A stretch of DNA of 64,000 nucleotides from Dipteris shenzhenensis (Eukaryota). A model generated the notes under the pieces. The model made no database searches and was not told the origin of the DNA. It saw only the letters and a program-made list of their open reading frames with translations. How positions within the stretch are numbered: position 1 is the first letter of the stretch; each line of letters begins with the position of its first letter. Location of the stretch: assembly GCA_047967505.1 (NCBI GenBank), contig CM106538.1; one strand, 5' to 3'. Made by a program: the position numbers and the translations under genes. Shown piece after piece: positions 1-12,928 of this stretch.

Positions 1-782
1 GAAGATACATTGGCTTTTGTTGAGGCTGATCATGCCACGACTAAATTGAAATTTCTCAAACACTTGAGAAGGCATGCAAAAGGAAAAATGATGTAGAAGA
101 ATGCCAAAGGAGAGAAGACTAGGCATGAAAGCATGCAAAATTTGTAGGAGAGAAAAGATGTGGTAAGAATATGGCTATGAGACCCATGGAAGACATAGTG
201 CATGCAATTAGAATTGTGTGAGAAGCTATAGTTCGCTCCTTTTGTCCATGGTCCGACATTAGCTCATTGTATGCCATTTTGGAAGACACTCCTTATAATG
301 AACTTACATGACTTTTACTTGTTTTGTAATGGAAAGTTTATATTGAAAACTTTCTTAGTTTGTCTATTGGCATTAAATGCTCACGTTACTTCATAGTATG
401 TGCATTCGCATAAAAGTAGATATTTTGCACGAGTGCATGTGCATTCTTCGCATACATCACATAGAGGTGACTTATGAGTTTTTATCCACGTGGATGCATA
501 TGACATAGCCCACATCCCCGCATCCTTCATAGCGTGCATCCTCACATCTAAACGTTCCATTGCACCCATCGAAACATCCAAACTCACATGTCCGTAAGTG
601 CAAGTGCGTGCCCTTGATAGTGGTGTTCCTGATTTTATGCCGTCATTATTTTGCAGATGGCAGTCCAATGCAAATGCTTAGAATGTGGCGATGAAAACGA
701 GTTTGCAGTTAGCCATGGCAACGAAGACACGCCGACCGGACCGACTGCACCAATCGGGGCCGACTACGTGCTTCTTGCAGCC

Positions 783-790
783 TATATATA
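783..790 (+). promoter_or_regulatory. Probable TATA box of the LRR gene
   Basis: TATATATA about 90 bp upstream of the ATG at 879, followed by a C/T-rich leader. Confidence 0.55.
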
Positions 791-878
791 CACACCACCA
801 GCAACCTTCCATTCACAATCAACGCCTTTTCACAATCGATTTGCTCTCAGCTACGTTCTTCATCTCCAATCAGCCGCC

Positions 879-1980
879 ATGGAGCGCTCGGGAGCTGCTA
901 AGCACTTCATCCTTTCTGCTTTCGCCTTATGGGCTCTCCTGCCGGCTCTCGCTCGCGCCAACCCGGAGGGTAAATATTAGGCTTCTACTTTGCATAAGCC
1001 TTCCCTCTTCATGCAATAGCGTATACAAATATAATACATTGCTTTCTGCTAACCGATCGACGGCTTGTATTTTACAGTGGACGCTCTGATTGCATTCAAA
1101 AATGGGCTTACCGACCCGCAAAACGCCCTCGCCAGCTGGGATCCCAACCTGGTGGATCCCTGCACCTTCTTCCATGTGACCTGCGACGACAACAACCATG
1201 TCGTCCGAGTGTACTCATCTACCCACCACCTGTTAAACGCGCATTTAATTTGCTCCCTAATAAGTTTTGGCTCCTGATTCTGCATTTTTCCAACAGGGAT
1301 CTGCCCAACTATGGTCTTTCCGGTCCGCTCTCTCCACAACTTGCAAACCTTCCGTCTTTGCAGTCCCTGTGCGGCTTCCTCACTCTAGCTTCCCACCATG
1401 TGTATTCACCTTCAGTCAATAAGCTAAGCTAAGCGAAGCTTGTCACTCATTTGCTCTAACGATCTCTCTTGTCGCAGCTCCCTCTTTCTCAACCACTTCT
1501 CTGGGTCCATCCCCAAAGAATTCGGCAGTCTGCCCAACCTCTTTGCTTTGCAGCTCCAGGACAACGATCTCACGGGGCCCATCCCCTCTGAGTTGGGCAA
1601 TCTTTCCAATCTGCAGATTCTGTGAGTACAAATATTGGCCCTGGACTGTGAATTATTTTATGCACGACAAGCCATCGAATTTACCTTAGTCACATGACTC
1701 CTTACCATAACATTGCGTTTTCTCCCGCAGTCATCTCATGAATAATGGTCTCTCGGGCCCTATCCCAACGAATGGCGTTTTCTCCAGGTTCACTGCCGAA
1801 AGGTGAGCATGTCTTTCGCGAGCCACCTGAAAGTTGTATAACGATCAAGTAAAGGCATGCATGCTCTCCAGATGCCTGAGATTTCCGCATCTTGCTCACC
1901 ACCTCGTTTGTCAATCTGCATATTGCAGCTACGCAGGAAACCCTGGACTCTGTGGATCTGTGATCAACAAGCCATGTTAG
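879..1980 (+). CDS. Secreted leucine-rich-repeat protein, SERK/BAK1 ectodomain-like (LRR1/LRP type), 187 aa, 6 exons: 879-969, 1078-1210, 1297-1368, 1478-1621, 1731-1802, 1929-1980
   Basis: All introns are GT..AG. Exon sizes 91/133/72/144/72/52 sum to 564 nt in one open frame. The protein has a signal peptide ([27 protein letters not shown]), an N-cap ([35 protein letters not shown]), plant LRRs ([45 protein letters not shown]) and a C-cap ([16 protein letters not shown]) followed by a stop. Confidence 0.93.
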
Positions 1981-2210
1981 CATGATCTTGATGTTGCGAG
2001 TCCTGCCACCTCCGTTTTCGCAACTTTCAGGAGTTTCCGCATCATCCAGCGCACATGCAGCTCGATGTTGGATTTAAGATTTTTGTAATGCGGCTGGATT
2101 TTTGCCCCTTCCAATTGATAATTAAGGTGCTGGTTGGCTTTTCCTACTAAGAAGTCTACGAGTTCTTGCTTCAAGATCGTATTGTACTTAAATGTGTTTA
2201 GTTAAGTCTA

Positions 2211-2725
2211 CTAAAATAAGATGAAGTTCGAAGAAAATATGTTGCTCAAAGGTGCCCCTTAGAGTAAGCTCTTACTCAATGGATTCATTGAGGCATTGCT
2301 AGCTTTAAAACCATCCACTATTGTTTTATGGAATGTGCTCCTCGTGATGGTGAGCAAGTCAATAGCACTATACTTCTTGAGATCTATGGACCGGATTAAA
2401 AAAACAACAAACAAGAGTTAAGAGCCAATAGAAGAGGAGAGAGAACACTTTTTCTCAACTAAAATAAGATGAAGTTCAAAGAAAATAGGTTGCTCAAAGG
2501 TACCCCTTGGATTAAGCTCTTAAAGAATGGATTCGTTGAGGCATTTTCTTTGAAAACATAAGTGATCATGCTAGCTTTAAAACCATACACTATTGTTTTA
2601 TGGAAGGTGCTCCTCATGATGGTGAGCCAGTGAATATTAGCACTAAAATTCTTTAGATCTATGGACCACACTAAAAAAGGATAAACAAGAGTTAAGAGCC
2701 AATAGAAGAGTAGAGACACTTTCTT
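2211..2725. repeat. Diverged tandem duplication (~250-bp units) downstream of the LRR gene
   Basis: CTAAAATAAGATGAAGTTC starts units at 2211 and 2459. Both contain TATTGTTTTATGGAA..GTGCTC and CAAGAGTTAAGAGCCAATAGAAGAG. Confidence 0.8.
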
Positions 2726-3421
2726 AAACACATTTAACCTATTCACTACTTTTGATGAATTTTTTTGTATGCACAAGGAGGTACCTTATGCTAAAGAACT
2801 TGGCTTACTTTTATTTCTGATGTCCTTGTCATTGTGTGTTTATAAGCATAAGCACTACCAACATAGAGAATGTACCACTATTGGTCTACATTAGTATTAT
2901 GGGTAGACTGAGTTATCTTTGACAGGTTAGAATCTACCTCTATCAAGTCTCAAGGTTGGGTCCTAGGTTGCCTTTTTAAGTAATGAAATTTGTTTTATTT
3001 ATAAATCTCAATATTTGAATGTTTTTTATTAAAATTGGATCTTGGATAAGCCTTACGAGGACCTTACGTTCCTTTTAGTTGGGAAAATGAAAATGTTTTT
3101 GTAGCATTGCATGTATGCATAACATATATATACTATATGTGTGTATTTTTATTTTTACAAATTATCAAATTAAATTCGTGCAATTGAAAATAGTTTTTTA
3201 AACGGGGTGTGTGTGTGTGGTTCGAAAAGATATATAAAATTTGCATATTCTCCTTTCGTGTCCCGTTCTCCTTGCTCTCTATTTCTCTAGATATCCAACC
3301 TACTTCTCTCTTATAATCATGCCTCATGACTGCCCCTCCTAAGAGATACCCCCTTGTTCCTGCTAAATGCCATGATGATGATCCCCTGGCAAGTCTTCTT
3401 CCATTAGCATTGTTGACGGAT

Positions 3422-4256
3422 GAAAGGTGAGCATGCTCTCTCTCACGAGCCACCTGAAAGTTTTGAAATGATCAAAGGCATGCATGCCTTCCAAATGCCT
3501 AAGAATTTTACATTTTGCTCATCCATCTCGTTTGTGAATCTCCATGCTGCTACGTAGTAGACCCTACACTCTGTGGATCTATGATCAACAAGCCATGTTA
3601 GCATGATCTGGATGTTACGACTGCTGCAACCTTTTTTTTCCTTGAGTTTTCACATCATCGAGTGCATGTAGCTCGCGATCGATAATCCATGAGTGTTGAG
3701 ACATTGGATTTAAAATTTTTATAATATAGCTAGATTTGGTCCCTTCCAATTGATAATTAACTATTAAGAAGACGAGTTCTAGCTTCAAGATCGTAGTCTA
3801 TTAAGGTTGTTAAAGTTAACTTTGATATAATTGTGGTTAGTTAAGTTCACTAAAATGAGATAAACGTCAACAAAATACGATGCATAAAGGTGCCCCCTTA
3901 GATTAAGCTCTTAAAGAATGGATTCACTCATCCACTATCATTGGCAAAATAAGTGATCATGCTAGTTCCTCATGATGGTGAGTCAATAGCACCAAACTTC
4001 TTGAGAACTATGGACCTCATTAAAAAGGATAAAGAGCTAATAGCTAGAAGAGTTGAGAGAACGCCTTTCGTTAAACACATTTAATCCCTTCTCTACTTTT
4101 TATGACTTTTTTGGTCTACAAAAAAGTGGGCACATTATGCTAAAGGATTTGACATGGGTTAGCTTTATAATTTATGCATCAATATTATTTGACTTATTAT
4201 AACCCATTTATGTCTTTCATATCTATTGACTTTTATTTCTGAAGTCCTTGTCATTG
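3422..4256 (+). pseudogene. Degenerate partial duplicate of the LRR gene 3' end (last intron, last exon, 3' flank)
   Basis: GAAAGGTGAGCATG..GAGCCACCTGAAAG..CTCTGTGGATCTATGATCAACAAGCCATGTTAGCATGATC matches 1798-1990. Similarity runs to GTCCTTGTCATTGT (about 2835 in the original). The last-exon acceptor is lost and an in-frame stop is present. Confidence 0.85.
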
Positions 4257-4702
4257 TAACACAACAACACAAAGCAACTATAGATGCGCTTGATAGACAT
4301 GCAAAATAGCCGGTGCGTCTATAGGCGATGCTTGAATAGAGAAATTATGGGCGCATCTAATAGCGTGTCTAACAGCTCGTCTATTTGCACGTGTATTGAC
4401 ACATCTATTTGTGCGTCTACACTGAGAAATTATGGGCCCGTCTAACACTACGTTTGTCAACATGTCTATTTGCATGTGTATTAGCACGTCTATTAGCGCG
4501 TCTACACTGAGAATTAGACGCATATTTAGATGCATATTTAGACGCAAAACAAAGAATACAAAAAGTGAGATTTTGGTGTACATCATAGTTTTCCAAACAT
4601 TGCCCATGATTACCAAAGCACATAATTTTAACAAAAACATCAATGCTTTTTTGCAAGCCCACATATACAAGAATTATGTGAGGTGAGGAGAATGAGACAA
4701 TA

Positions 4703-7700
4703 TTAAAATAGTTGTGCCAATATCAATGACGGTTCAATCTCATCCTCAATGAGATCAACCCTTGCCAAACTATCTACTTCAAAATCCAAACAAGTGTTTA
4801 AATCTACAAATACATTCAATCCACTACTACTTGTGCTACTCATGTGCTCATCGAAATCAGCATCACCAATGGTAGGCTCGTCCTCACGGGTAATGGCCTC
4901 AATATCTGTATCTCCTATCTCATGATCATCCTCCTCTCTCATATCATGGTCATCATCCTCCATATGCTCCATATTAGTAAATGTACTATACATCACTTTG
5001 GAACGTGGCATAATAGGTATGACATGCCACCATCTGTTATTATCCACCATTGGTTGATAGACAACCTAATTCAAACACAAATACAATCATGTTATTTTTC
5101 TTGCATCGAAGGTATCAAATATTTAAAAGCGAGTATTTTTATATGTGTGCACAGTACCTGTTCACATTGTTGCCATAGTACTAGTGTGTCCTTTCTACTT
5201 TGCCAAAACTTTGTGGAGTCAATAGTTACAAAGCCACTTGCATGGCGTTTGATTGTTGCATTAGGGCATTTTTCCACCACGTCCTTAAACCACTTTACAT
5301 CCAAAACATACACAAAGAAGCGTCAAAAGTCAAGCTTAATAATATCTTGGATTATGCCACAATAACCATCCATGTCTCCATTGGCTCCCTCAAAGCTAGC
5401 AATGATGCCGCAATCTTATCTGTTTCTCTTATCATCAATCCGTTGTGTTCGAAAATGCTTGCCCTCACACCATATAGCATTGAACATAGTGCACTACACC
5501 AAGAAAAAATCAATTAAATAAGCAATCTAGACTATTGAAAGCTCTTAACTTATGCATAACATTCTATATACCGACCTTGCTCATGCATCCCCTAGCATAT
5601 TCCCATTCTTCCATTGTGATATGCATCCCCTCGTCTTTCTCTGCTTTCTCCATTGCATCAAGTAGCCAATCCACATGAATATCCTTTGGAAGTGCTCTTA
5701 GATATTGAGGGTATGGCACACGAGATCCATGGTGTGTACAAAAGAGGGCCCTTTGTTCTTGTCTTCTTGCCTTTGCATCCTCGTATCTTGTCACCCATCT
5801 TTTCATCACATCACTATTAAGCACGCAATAGAGGTTGATACTATTATGCAACTCCGTGTCTATTACTTTGTTGCATCGTTTCCCTTGAGGCACAATAGAG
5901 GTCATCCTTATGTCTTCATCATCTCTCCATAGTCATGGGAGAGAGCTATCCACATCAACAAGAAACTCAGAAATATTTACAAGTGACTCTTGTACCAACC
6001 AACCCTCGGCCATGCTACCTTTGGGTCTTGCATTTTGTCTCATGAAGCCCTTCAAGGTCTTCATGAAGCGCTCGAGTAAGAACAACCATCGTGCATGTAT
6101 AGTACCGCATATAACAATCTCATCCACCAAATGCACTATAAGATGTAGTTGGCTTGTGAGAATAGAACGTGGAAATGTCTCCTCCAGTAAACAAACCACC
6201 TCCATTGACATAACTTGAGCATTCTCAAGCGTGGTGGGATCTATTTCCTTTGAGCTCACATACCTAGAAATGAAAAAGTACACCATATTAGCAATATGAA
6301 CACCTTGCATGGAGCATTGATACGCATCATATTTTGTATCATGTAAAGTATCTCATAAGCTCGCCCATCTTGTAAATACAATCCTTCATGTCCTTCGATG
6401 CACTACGAGAAATGCTAGTAGTTAGTATGAACTGAACCCACAAGGAGGTGGCTGATTAGTTGCTTATAAATATTCACTCACAAATTTGAAAGGAAAAAGA
6501 TATTATGCACATAAAATACTTACTTGGAGCATATTGTGCCAATCATGAGATTTCAAGCCATATAATTGCTCTCCACCTCTTTTCTTGCTCTTTGTAAAGG
6601 CTCCCTTCAAACACCTCATGCATCCAGTGGGAGTACGAATTGTAGTAATAGCATGCTTCATCGCCGCCATCTCTAGCTTTGATAACCTCCATGGTGCACG
6701 AGGTTAAAAAACATGCCCATTTGGTCTCTCTTGTGGCCAAGCTTCATGCATCCTCCCTGTGGTACATAAATCCTCCCTTATGCCTACAGAATCTCGTGTC
6801 CCATTCAAATTCTCCCAAATGGTAGATGCCACATTCTTGAAGATATGCATGGGATCAAGCAGGTGATTGATCTTGAGGTGGGACCAATATGGTAAACGAT
6901 AAAAGATGGAGTATCTAAACAAAAGCTTGTGTTAGCGAGCAATCTTTATTTCCAGCCAATATAGCACACAATAGTTACAAACCCTTACCGGCTCATGCCA
7001 AGTGGTGGAGGAGTCGTGGAACCATCCCAAATTCTCATCCAATCTCCCGTGGTGAGTGATTCTGGGAGGACTTCATTCCAAGGGGCAACATATCTAGGAT
7101 GATCAGGTGGGAGAAATCGATGGTTATTCTCATAGATGACCTTATTCAATGCGTCTGCCCATGAGGCAACTAGCGAAGGACCACAAACAGGACATGCATG
7201 GTAACCCGATGTAGTGAGACCTGAACAATAGATGCAATTAAGAGTTGAAGGTGGGTTTAGGGTGCCACATCCTTTGCCTATTCATAATTAGAAGTGCAAT
7301 GCTTACCTGAACACTCGCCATAGCCTGGCATCAAGACTGCTTTGTAGTTGAAGTCTCATGACGAGGGAGGCCTGCTCACATCATGCACCTCGATACCTCT
7401 CCAAAGTATCTCTAGCTCGTCAAGTCTCCAAATAAACATCATGATTTTTGACTTTATGTTTCCCTGGAATTAGAAGGGACAGCATAACATGTCCTTTCTT
7501 AATAGCCATAGAGACTAGAAGATTATAATTCACCAATATCACTGGCCATACACTGTAAGAGGTGCTTTTGAGACCAAATGGGTTCACACCATCCATACCC
7601 AATCCAAGTCTCAAGCTCCTAGGTTCTTCCTTGAAGCTTGGCCATGTATCTTCAATATGCTTCCACACAGGAGAGTCTGCAAGAGTTCTCCGATGGAATG

Positions 7701-8726
7701 CCATGACATGAGCTCTGCAATGGATTTGCACTTGAACATATGTTGGATGTGAGGGATTATGCGAAAATGTCGCAGAACCTTATGAGGCACGTCCAAAGTT
7801 TTGAGATCTGCTCTATATCTTGCCTCTCCACAAGTAGGGCACTCTCTTGCATCCTTATGTAGTCCATGAAACAAAATACAATCGTTGACGCATGCATGGA
7901 TGTGCTTGTAATCTAATCCTCCAAGAGAGGTCACATGTTGCCTTGCCATATCTCTTGAGGTCGGTAATTTATTCTCCCTTGGAAGCATTTTACACAATAG
8001 CCTACACGTGAAGACCATAAATGAGGAAAAGCATTCGAGTAATTGACCCACTAGCATAATTCACCATGTTTGCAAAATAGACTTTAAAGCTTACTTGAGT
8101 AATGCATTCAAACTTGCATTGCTCCATCCATAGATGGTTTTCAAGTTTAGTAACTCAAGGGAGGCACGTAGAACAGAGAAAGTGCACCCCCCAAATAGTG
8201 GAGTCGATGCTGCAGTAAAAAGATCGTCCTGCTCCATGCTATCATCCCTCCCTTCGGATTGATGGACATATAAATCCTACACGATATCATTAAACACCTC
8301 CTCCTCCACGGCTTCATGAGGTAATGGCATAGGGCTACTATCACCATCACTCCATGTATCCGTAACGGTCCCTCTTGAAGATCCCACCTCATATCACCGA
8401 TGCTTCGCCTCCTCACGACGAGCATAGGGCAACATATGTGGGTGTGGCACTGCATCCTGTATCAAATTAAAATGGGATCATAGCTCAAACATATGAACAC
8501 CCATAGGTATCTCAATCAACCTGAACTCTTTAACACTTACCATGTTTACGGTCGCATCCCATTCTCCATACTTTGAGATGTGATTGAGTGTAATCCTGCA
8601 TGCACAATACATGTTTCCTCGACATCGATCACACATACATTTGATTTTTTGCTCCAACCACATTTCGCGATGGTGGATACGGAGGGATTCATCCTCACTG
8701 GAGCTACTTGTTGAAGATGAAGACAT
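4703..8726 (-). pseudogene. Intron-containing TNP2-type CACTA transposase (Transposase_21 / DUF4218 / DUF4216-like regions), with frameshifts and stops
   Basis: Motifs include KCMCDRCRG, HACVNDCILF, ECPTCGEARY, LRLGLGMDGVNPFG, WPVILVNYNL, INHLLDPMHIFKN, QLHLIVHLVDE, LERFMKTLKG and LDVKWF, plus an acidic C-terminus. Confidence 0.9.
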
Positions 8727-9089
8727 CCTACAAACAAACAACCCAAAAAATTTTGCTTTTCTTCAAATATTTAATTTTAAAACTCTGTGGCACGTCTCAG
8801 AGAGCGTCTAAAACCGCGTCTATAGGCGCGTCTAGACTGTTCGCAGACACAGACAGCCACATCTATAGACGTGCTTCTCAAACGCGTCTATAGACGCACT
8901 CCAACAATAATCTTTTCCGACAGTAATCTTTTCTTCCCTTCCCCTTTCTTCTTAGCTCATCAATAATCGTCTTTTTTTCTTTTTTCCAATTCATCATGTG
9001 GCCAGGAACCTCTTCGGCCTCACCTGATCTCCGAAAGTCTATTTTTAGGGACTTATATAACCTTTTAGGGCACCCTCCTAGGCTTGCAG

Positions 9090-10000
9090 AGTTATACGAG
9101 TATATGATGAGTACTCTAAACATCCCCCAAGAGTCGGCACTACAGACTCCAAACCACCCCACATGAGCTGAGATTACCCCAGCGGAGTCAGCATAGCCCA
9201 GCCGGCTACACAACCGAGGCCCTTCTCCCATGCCGTCTTATGCCCCTTCCCCCATGCCGTCTTATGCCCCTTCCACCATGCCATCTTATGCCCCTTCCCC
9301 CATGCCATCAGGAGGTCCTTCTGTCTTGTAGAGCCGTCGGTGTACTCCTATGTAGTCGAGACTCGATTCTCCAGCTACGAGTGGTCCACATAGTCCCGTG
9401 CAGTCTCCAGCTATGAGTGGCCAATGTACTAGCTCGACATGACACGGTAGCAGGCGTAGTAGCAGGGAGAGTGGTGGGCGATGCATAGCACAGTGCTTTG
9501 GGAGGGGTGGTGGTGGGGACGATGATGATTTAGATGATTTGGACGTGCCTCCGGGGGATGGTATGATCTTTTATGACATCACTCAAACAGGAGGCATCTT
9601 GCTGGATGCACGGGGGAAGGACATCATGGCCTTCATGCGCTCTGTAATTGCTAACAATTAAAAAGATTGCTTTATCCACTACGAAGACCATCCAAAGAGG
9701 TTGGCTGATGAGACCCTCATTGTTGTTTGCTCTAGGTATCCTAACCCCCTGATCATCAGTTCACAGATAAATGGGCCAAGTCAAAGATTATTACGATACT
9801 TGGCAATAAAAGATCTTTGCTTAAGAGGCAGGTACTAGCGGAGCTTGCCAGGCTCGAGGGAGGTCAACCACCAAGGGGCCCACCCCACACCGCTCACAAG
9901 CGTGAGTGGAAGAAAGCAATGAAGTTAGCAAGGGAGGACCCCAGTCTGTAGCATGTGGAGGCACGAAGGATCCAGATGGAGCAATATGGAAGCGTGCATT
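9090..10000 (+). pseudogene. Divergent second gene of CACTA family A (TNPA/Ptta-like, Pro/Ser-rich N-terminus), truncated
   Basis: A 24-bp repeat encodes PSPMPSYA at 9225-9306. Downstream degenerate coding (..SRYPNP.., ..EWKKAMK..) is homologous to 29643-29890 and loosely similar to ORF2 of family B. Confidence 0.55.
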
Positions 10001-10294
10001 GCACCAGGATATTACCATCCACTAGCGCATTGGTTTGCTTCTATTATTACAAGATGAATGGATTTGTGGGATGTGTAGATTAGTTATGGGAAACCAGCAC
10101 GGTGGTTGTTGGGATATAATAAAAACAAGCATGGGATTTACAAAAACAATTTAATAAAACTAGCGCGGTGGTTGTTCAGGATGTTCAGGATATACTAAAA
10201 AGAAGCATAGTCTTAAATACAAATTCTATTTTCTAGGACAAGTGGACATATTGTTTCCTTGCAATGAGACTACATACATTTTCGTAGTACTATC

Positions 10295-12170
10295 TCAGTC
10301 TTCCTCATCCATCGCTCCGAGACACACCAAGATGTGGTCATGTGTGTCTAAATCCAATTTGAAGACACTCTTGCCCTTCTTTCATTGTGGCACAGGTTGC
10401 ATCTAGAACTTAATAGCTCTTACTAGATGAGAGTTCACTCATGTTTGTGGATTCTTATGTAGCAATTCGTAATTGCATCCTCTCTTCAATGTTTTTTGTA
10501 CCAAAGAGCTCCGACTACTACATCCCACTTCTCATAGGTTGTTCCCCAATTATCCTTACATGTTTCCTCAACCTTGTGCTTAGGTTTTGTGCACTGCAAT
10601 AGAAAGCATGGGTCATCTTCCTCATTCTTCCAAGAATCTGTGACAACTGCAAAGTTATCCCCCTTTTCTAGACAGTCAGTGAGGTCATCGAAACTGTCCC
10701 CAAAGTGTGGCGAGTCATTTCTCTCTCCATTGTTTGTCACTCCATCTGAATGCAGAGGGAAAACTTGAACTCGCTCCCATGTCTTCACAGTTGCAATGTT
10801 CTCACAATCATCATCATTATCCCCTATGATGCATGCACTACAGAAACAAGAAAGGTTTCTTGTTTTAATCAGTTGGCTATCTAAAAAGCCCCATATGCTA
10901 TGCAGACCACAAACTCATTTAATTTTCTCACAATTGTGTTGGCTTCTCCTTTGCACTTCATCCACTTTCACTTCATGGAACACTCTACGTACTACAATAT
11001 TCTTAAGGCTTTGTTTATTGCAGTATGTTGAATGCACGCCTGTGGAGAGGTTGGCTGTAAGCCATGTTATAGCATCATGGGTGTCATTGAGTTTTTCTTG
11101 AGGGCATGCTATTTAGTGTTTAAACAAATATTGCCATGGCTAGACTCGAAAAAATTCCACATCATGTCTACACCGGTCAGGCATTTGAACCTTAAGACGA
11201 AGTAGAATCCATGAGCTGATTTAAATTGAGAGGCAGCACCATCTGACCACACCCAATGTTGTTTTATCTTTTCTGCATGGGAATTTTCCTTTTTCAGTCA
11301 TTCCCAATGCAATAGAAAAGCATGCTACACAAAGAAGGTGTCATGTTCCCTATCATTTGAAAATTTGTAGAAATGGTATGTGTGTTGCACTGACCTAAAC
11401 TCCTCTGAGTGAGCAAGCCAATTGGCATCAGGCATGGAAGAATCAAGCAATTGACTTTATGTGATATGCACAAGAATTGTTATCTACTCAATGGTACCAG
11501 TGTCACGGGGAAAATTGGCAAGTACACGTCTTGGAACTGCTTATCGTGCCAATTGGCCATGAAATTATGAAGCACATGTTTTGGGATGGATTGAACCATG
11601 TGACCTACAAGCTCCCTTGGCTGGGTGCTCTTATATGATAATAGCCATCTCTTTTTATCGGATCCTTCAGCATTGACATTTTCAAATGTCCATTTTTTAG
11701 AGCAATATGGTTGTCTGCCCTCATTTCATTTGGACAGACATTGAATGTCTTCTTCTTTAGCTTCAAACTACAATGCTTGCATGTGGTGCAAATGCATTCA
11801 ATCTGGTGCCACTCACTGCCTCCCTTTGGACAAACCATTGGATCCCACAGAGACCTTAGGCTACAAAACCTACCCTCCCTTACAACACACGATGAGGATC
11901 TAGGTGGCCTACAGACTGCACATTCATCGGAGAAGCATGGGCATTGATCCCCATGGAGCAATTCTCCAACAAGACCAAATCTCAACTCATTCATAGCTTG
12001 ATTGGCCGGGCCAGGTCAAAGTCTATGTGTGTTTTGCAACAACAAACATTCCTATCTTTGAGTTTCTTGACATACCAGGGCTTACAATGCTCAAATCTCC
12101 TCTGACCAATTGAAATGTTCAGATTTAGATCCATGACCCAACATGCGAGAACATCAGAACAATGAGCCCC
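10295..12170 (-). pseudogene. Decayed DNA transposase, Sola2-like by motif recognition
   Basis: The minus strand reads FEHCKPWYVKKLKDRNVCCCKTH, ITILVHIT, YHFYKFSNDREHDTFFV, HWVWSDGAASQFK (SDGAASQFK at about 11220-11246) and WNFFESSHG. Confidence 0.65.
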
Positions 12171-12239
12171 ATTTTTGCTACTACTAGAAGATGACAAAAC
12201 ATAGTCTAATTAAAGTATATAATGAAGCAAAACAATTTT

Positions 12240-12381
12240 CAACCACCACGCTGGTTTAGGACAGCCTAAATTTTAAACACTAGGCTAGTTTAGGACACGT
12301 TTAGGACATTCAACCAATGGGTTGGTTTAGGACACACTTAGGACATAGTCACAATTTCAACCATCGGAATGGTTTAGGACA
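12240..12381. repeat. Cluster of short GGTTTAGGAC / CAACCA..GCTGGTT repeats
   Basis: TTTAGGAC recurs about six times. Related motifs occur in the opposite orientation at 10090-10175, flanking the Sola2-like ORF. Confidence 0.6.
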
Positions 12382-12928
12382 CTGCCTAGGGGATTCACAA
12401 GGGGAAACTTATGATATCATGTGAGTGTACAATAGGGGGGTTTTTTGAATAGTTAGGGGGGCCATGTCATATTTAAGAGTGTTCAGAATAAATAGATTGT
12501 GTCTCATTATTACGCCAGTGCAACATCATGACGAGAAAATTTTTGGTGAGAGCACAGGCCCGCCGTCCAAAATTCAAATATTTGCCCAAAAGCGCATCAT
12601 GTCGTGGCCCCAAAATGCCCCAAAAATAGTTCTACGATTCGCTATACCCAAGCAAATGTTGACCCATAACGGTGGGTTGTTGGAGCTATTTAAGCGCTAT
12701 TTTGGTCCTAAACCAAGGAAATTCTAGTCCTTATTGCAATAAATCCTAAATGAGGGAAAAAGTATTCTGAGCTACTGTGGTGATTGGAGGCCCGGTGGTG
12801 CCATCCAAATAATCAACTACAATTCATTGAGTGAAAATTGAGCAAAAGAGATTACATCTAGATAGGTTATATAAAAATTACTAACAACTATTTTTGAGCT
12901 AGAATTGAATAGAGAATTTTAGATTTAT

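Larger units (their letters stand above)
4260..10000 (-). mobile_element. CACTA/EnSpm family A, copy 1 (one terminus, TNP2 and part of a divergent ORF2); other end lost or interrupted
   Basis: Terminus CACAACAACACAAAGC at 4260, followed by GCGTCTA-type subterminal repeats (4280-4550). TNP2-like coding is on the minus strand. A second cluster of the same repeats lies at 8800-8900. Confidence 0.85.

Noticed and set aside
381-1339. Overlapping ORFs 381-668, 685-1089, 927-1199 and 1049-1339
   Set aside because: They are shadow frames around the spliced LRR gene with no independent coding signal.
879-1980. Calling the gene SERK1/BAK1
   Set aside because: There are no SPP, transmembrane or kinase exons, and orthology cannot be established from the sequence alone.
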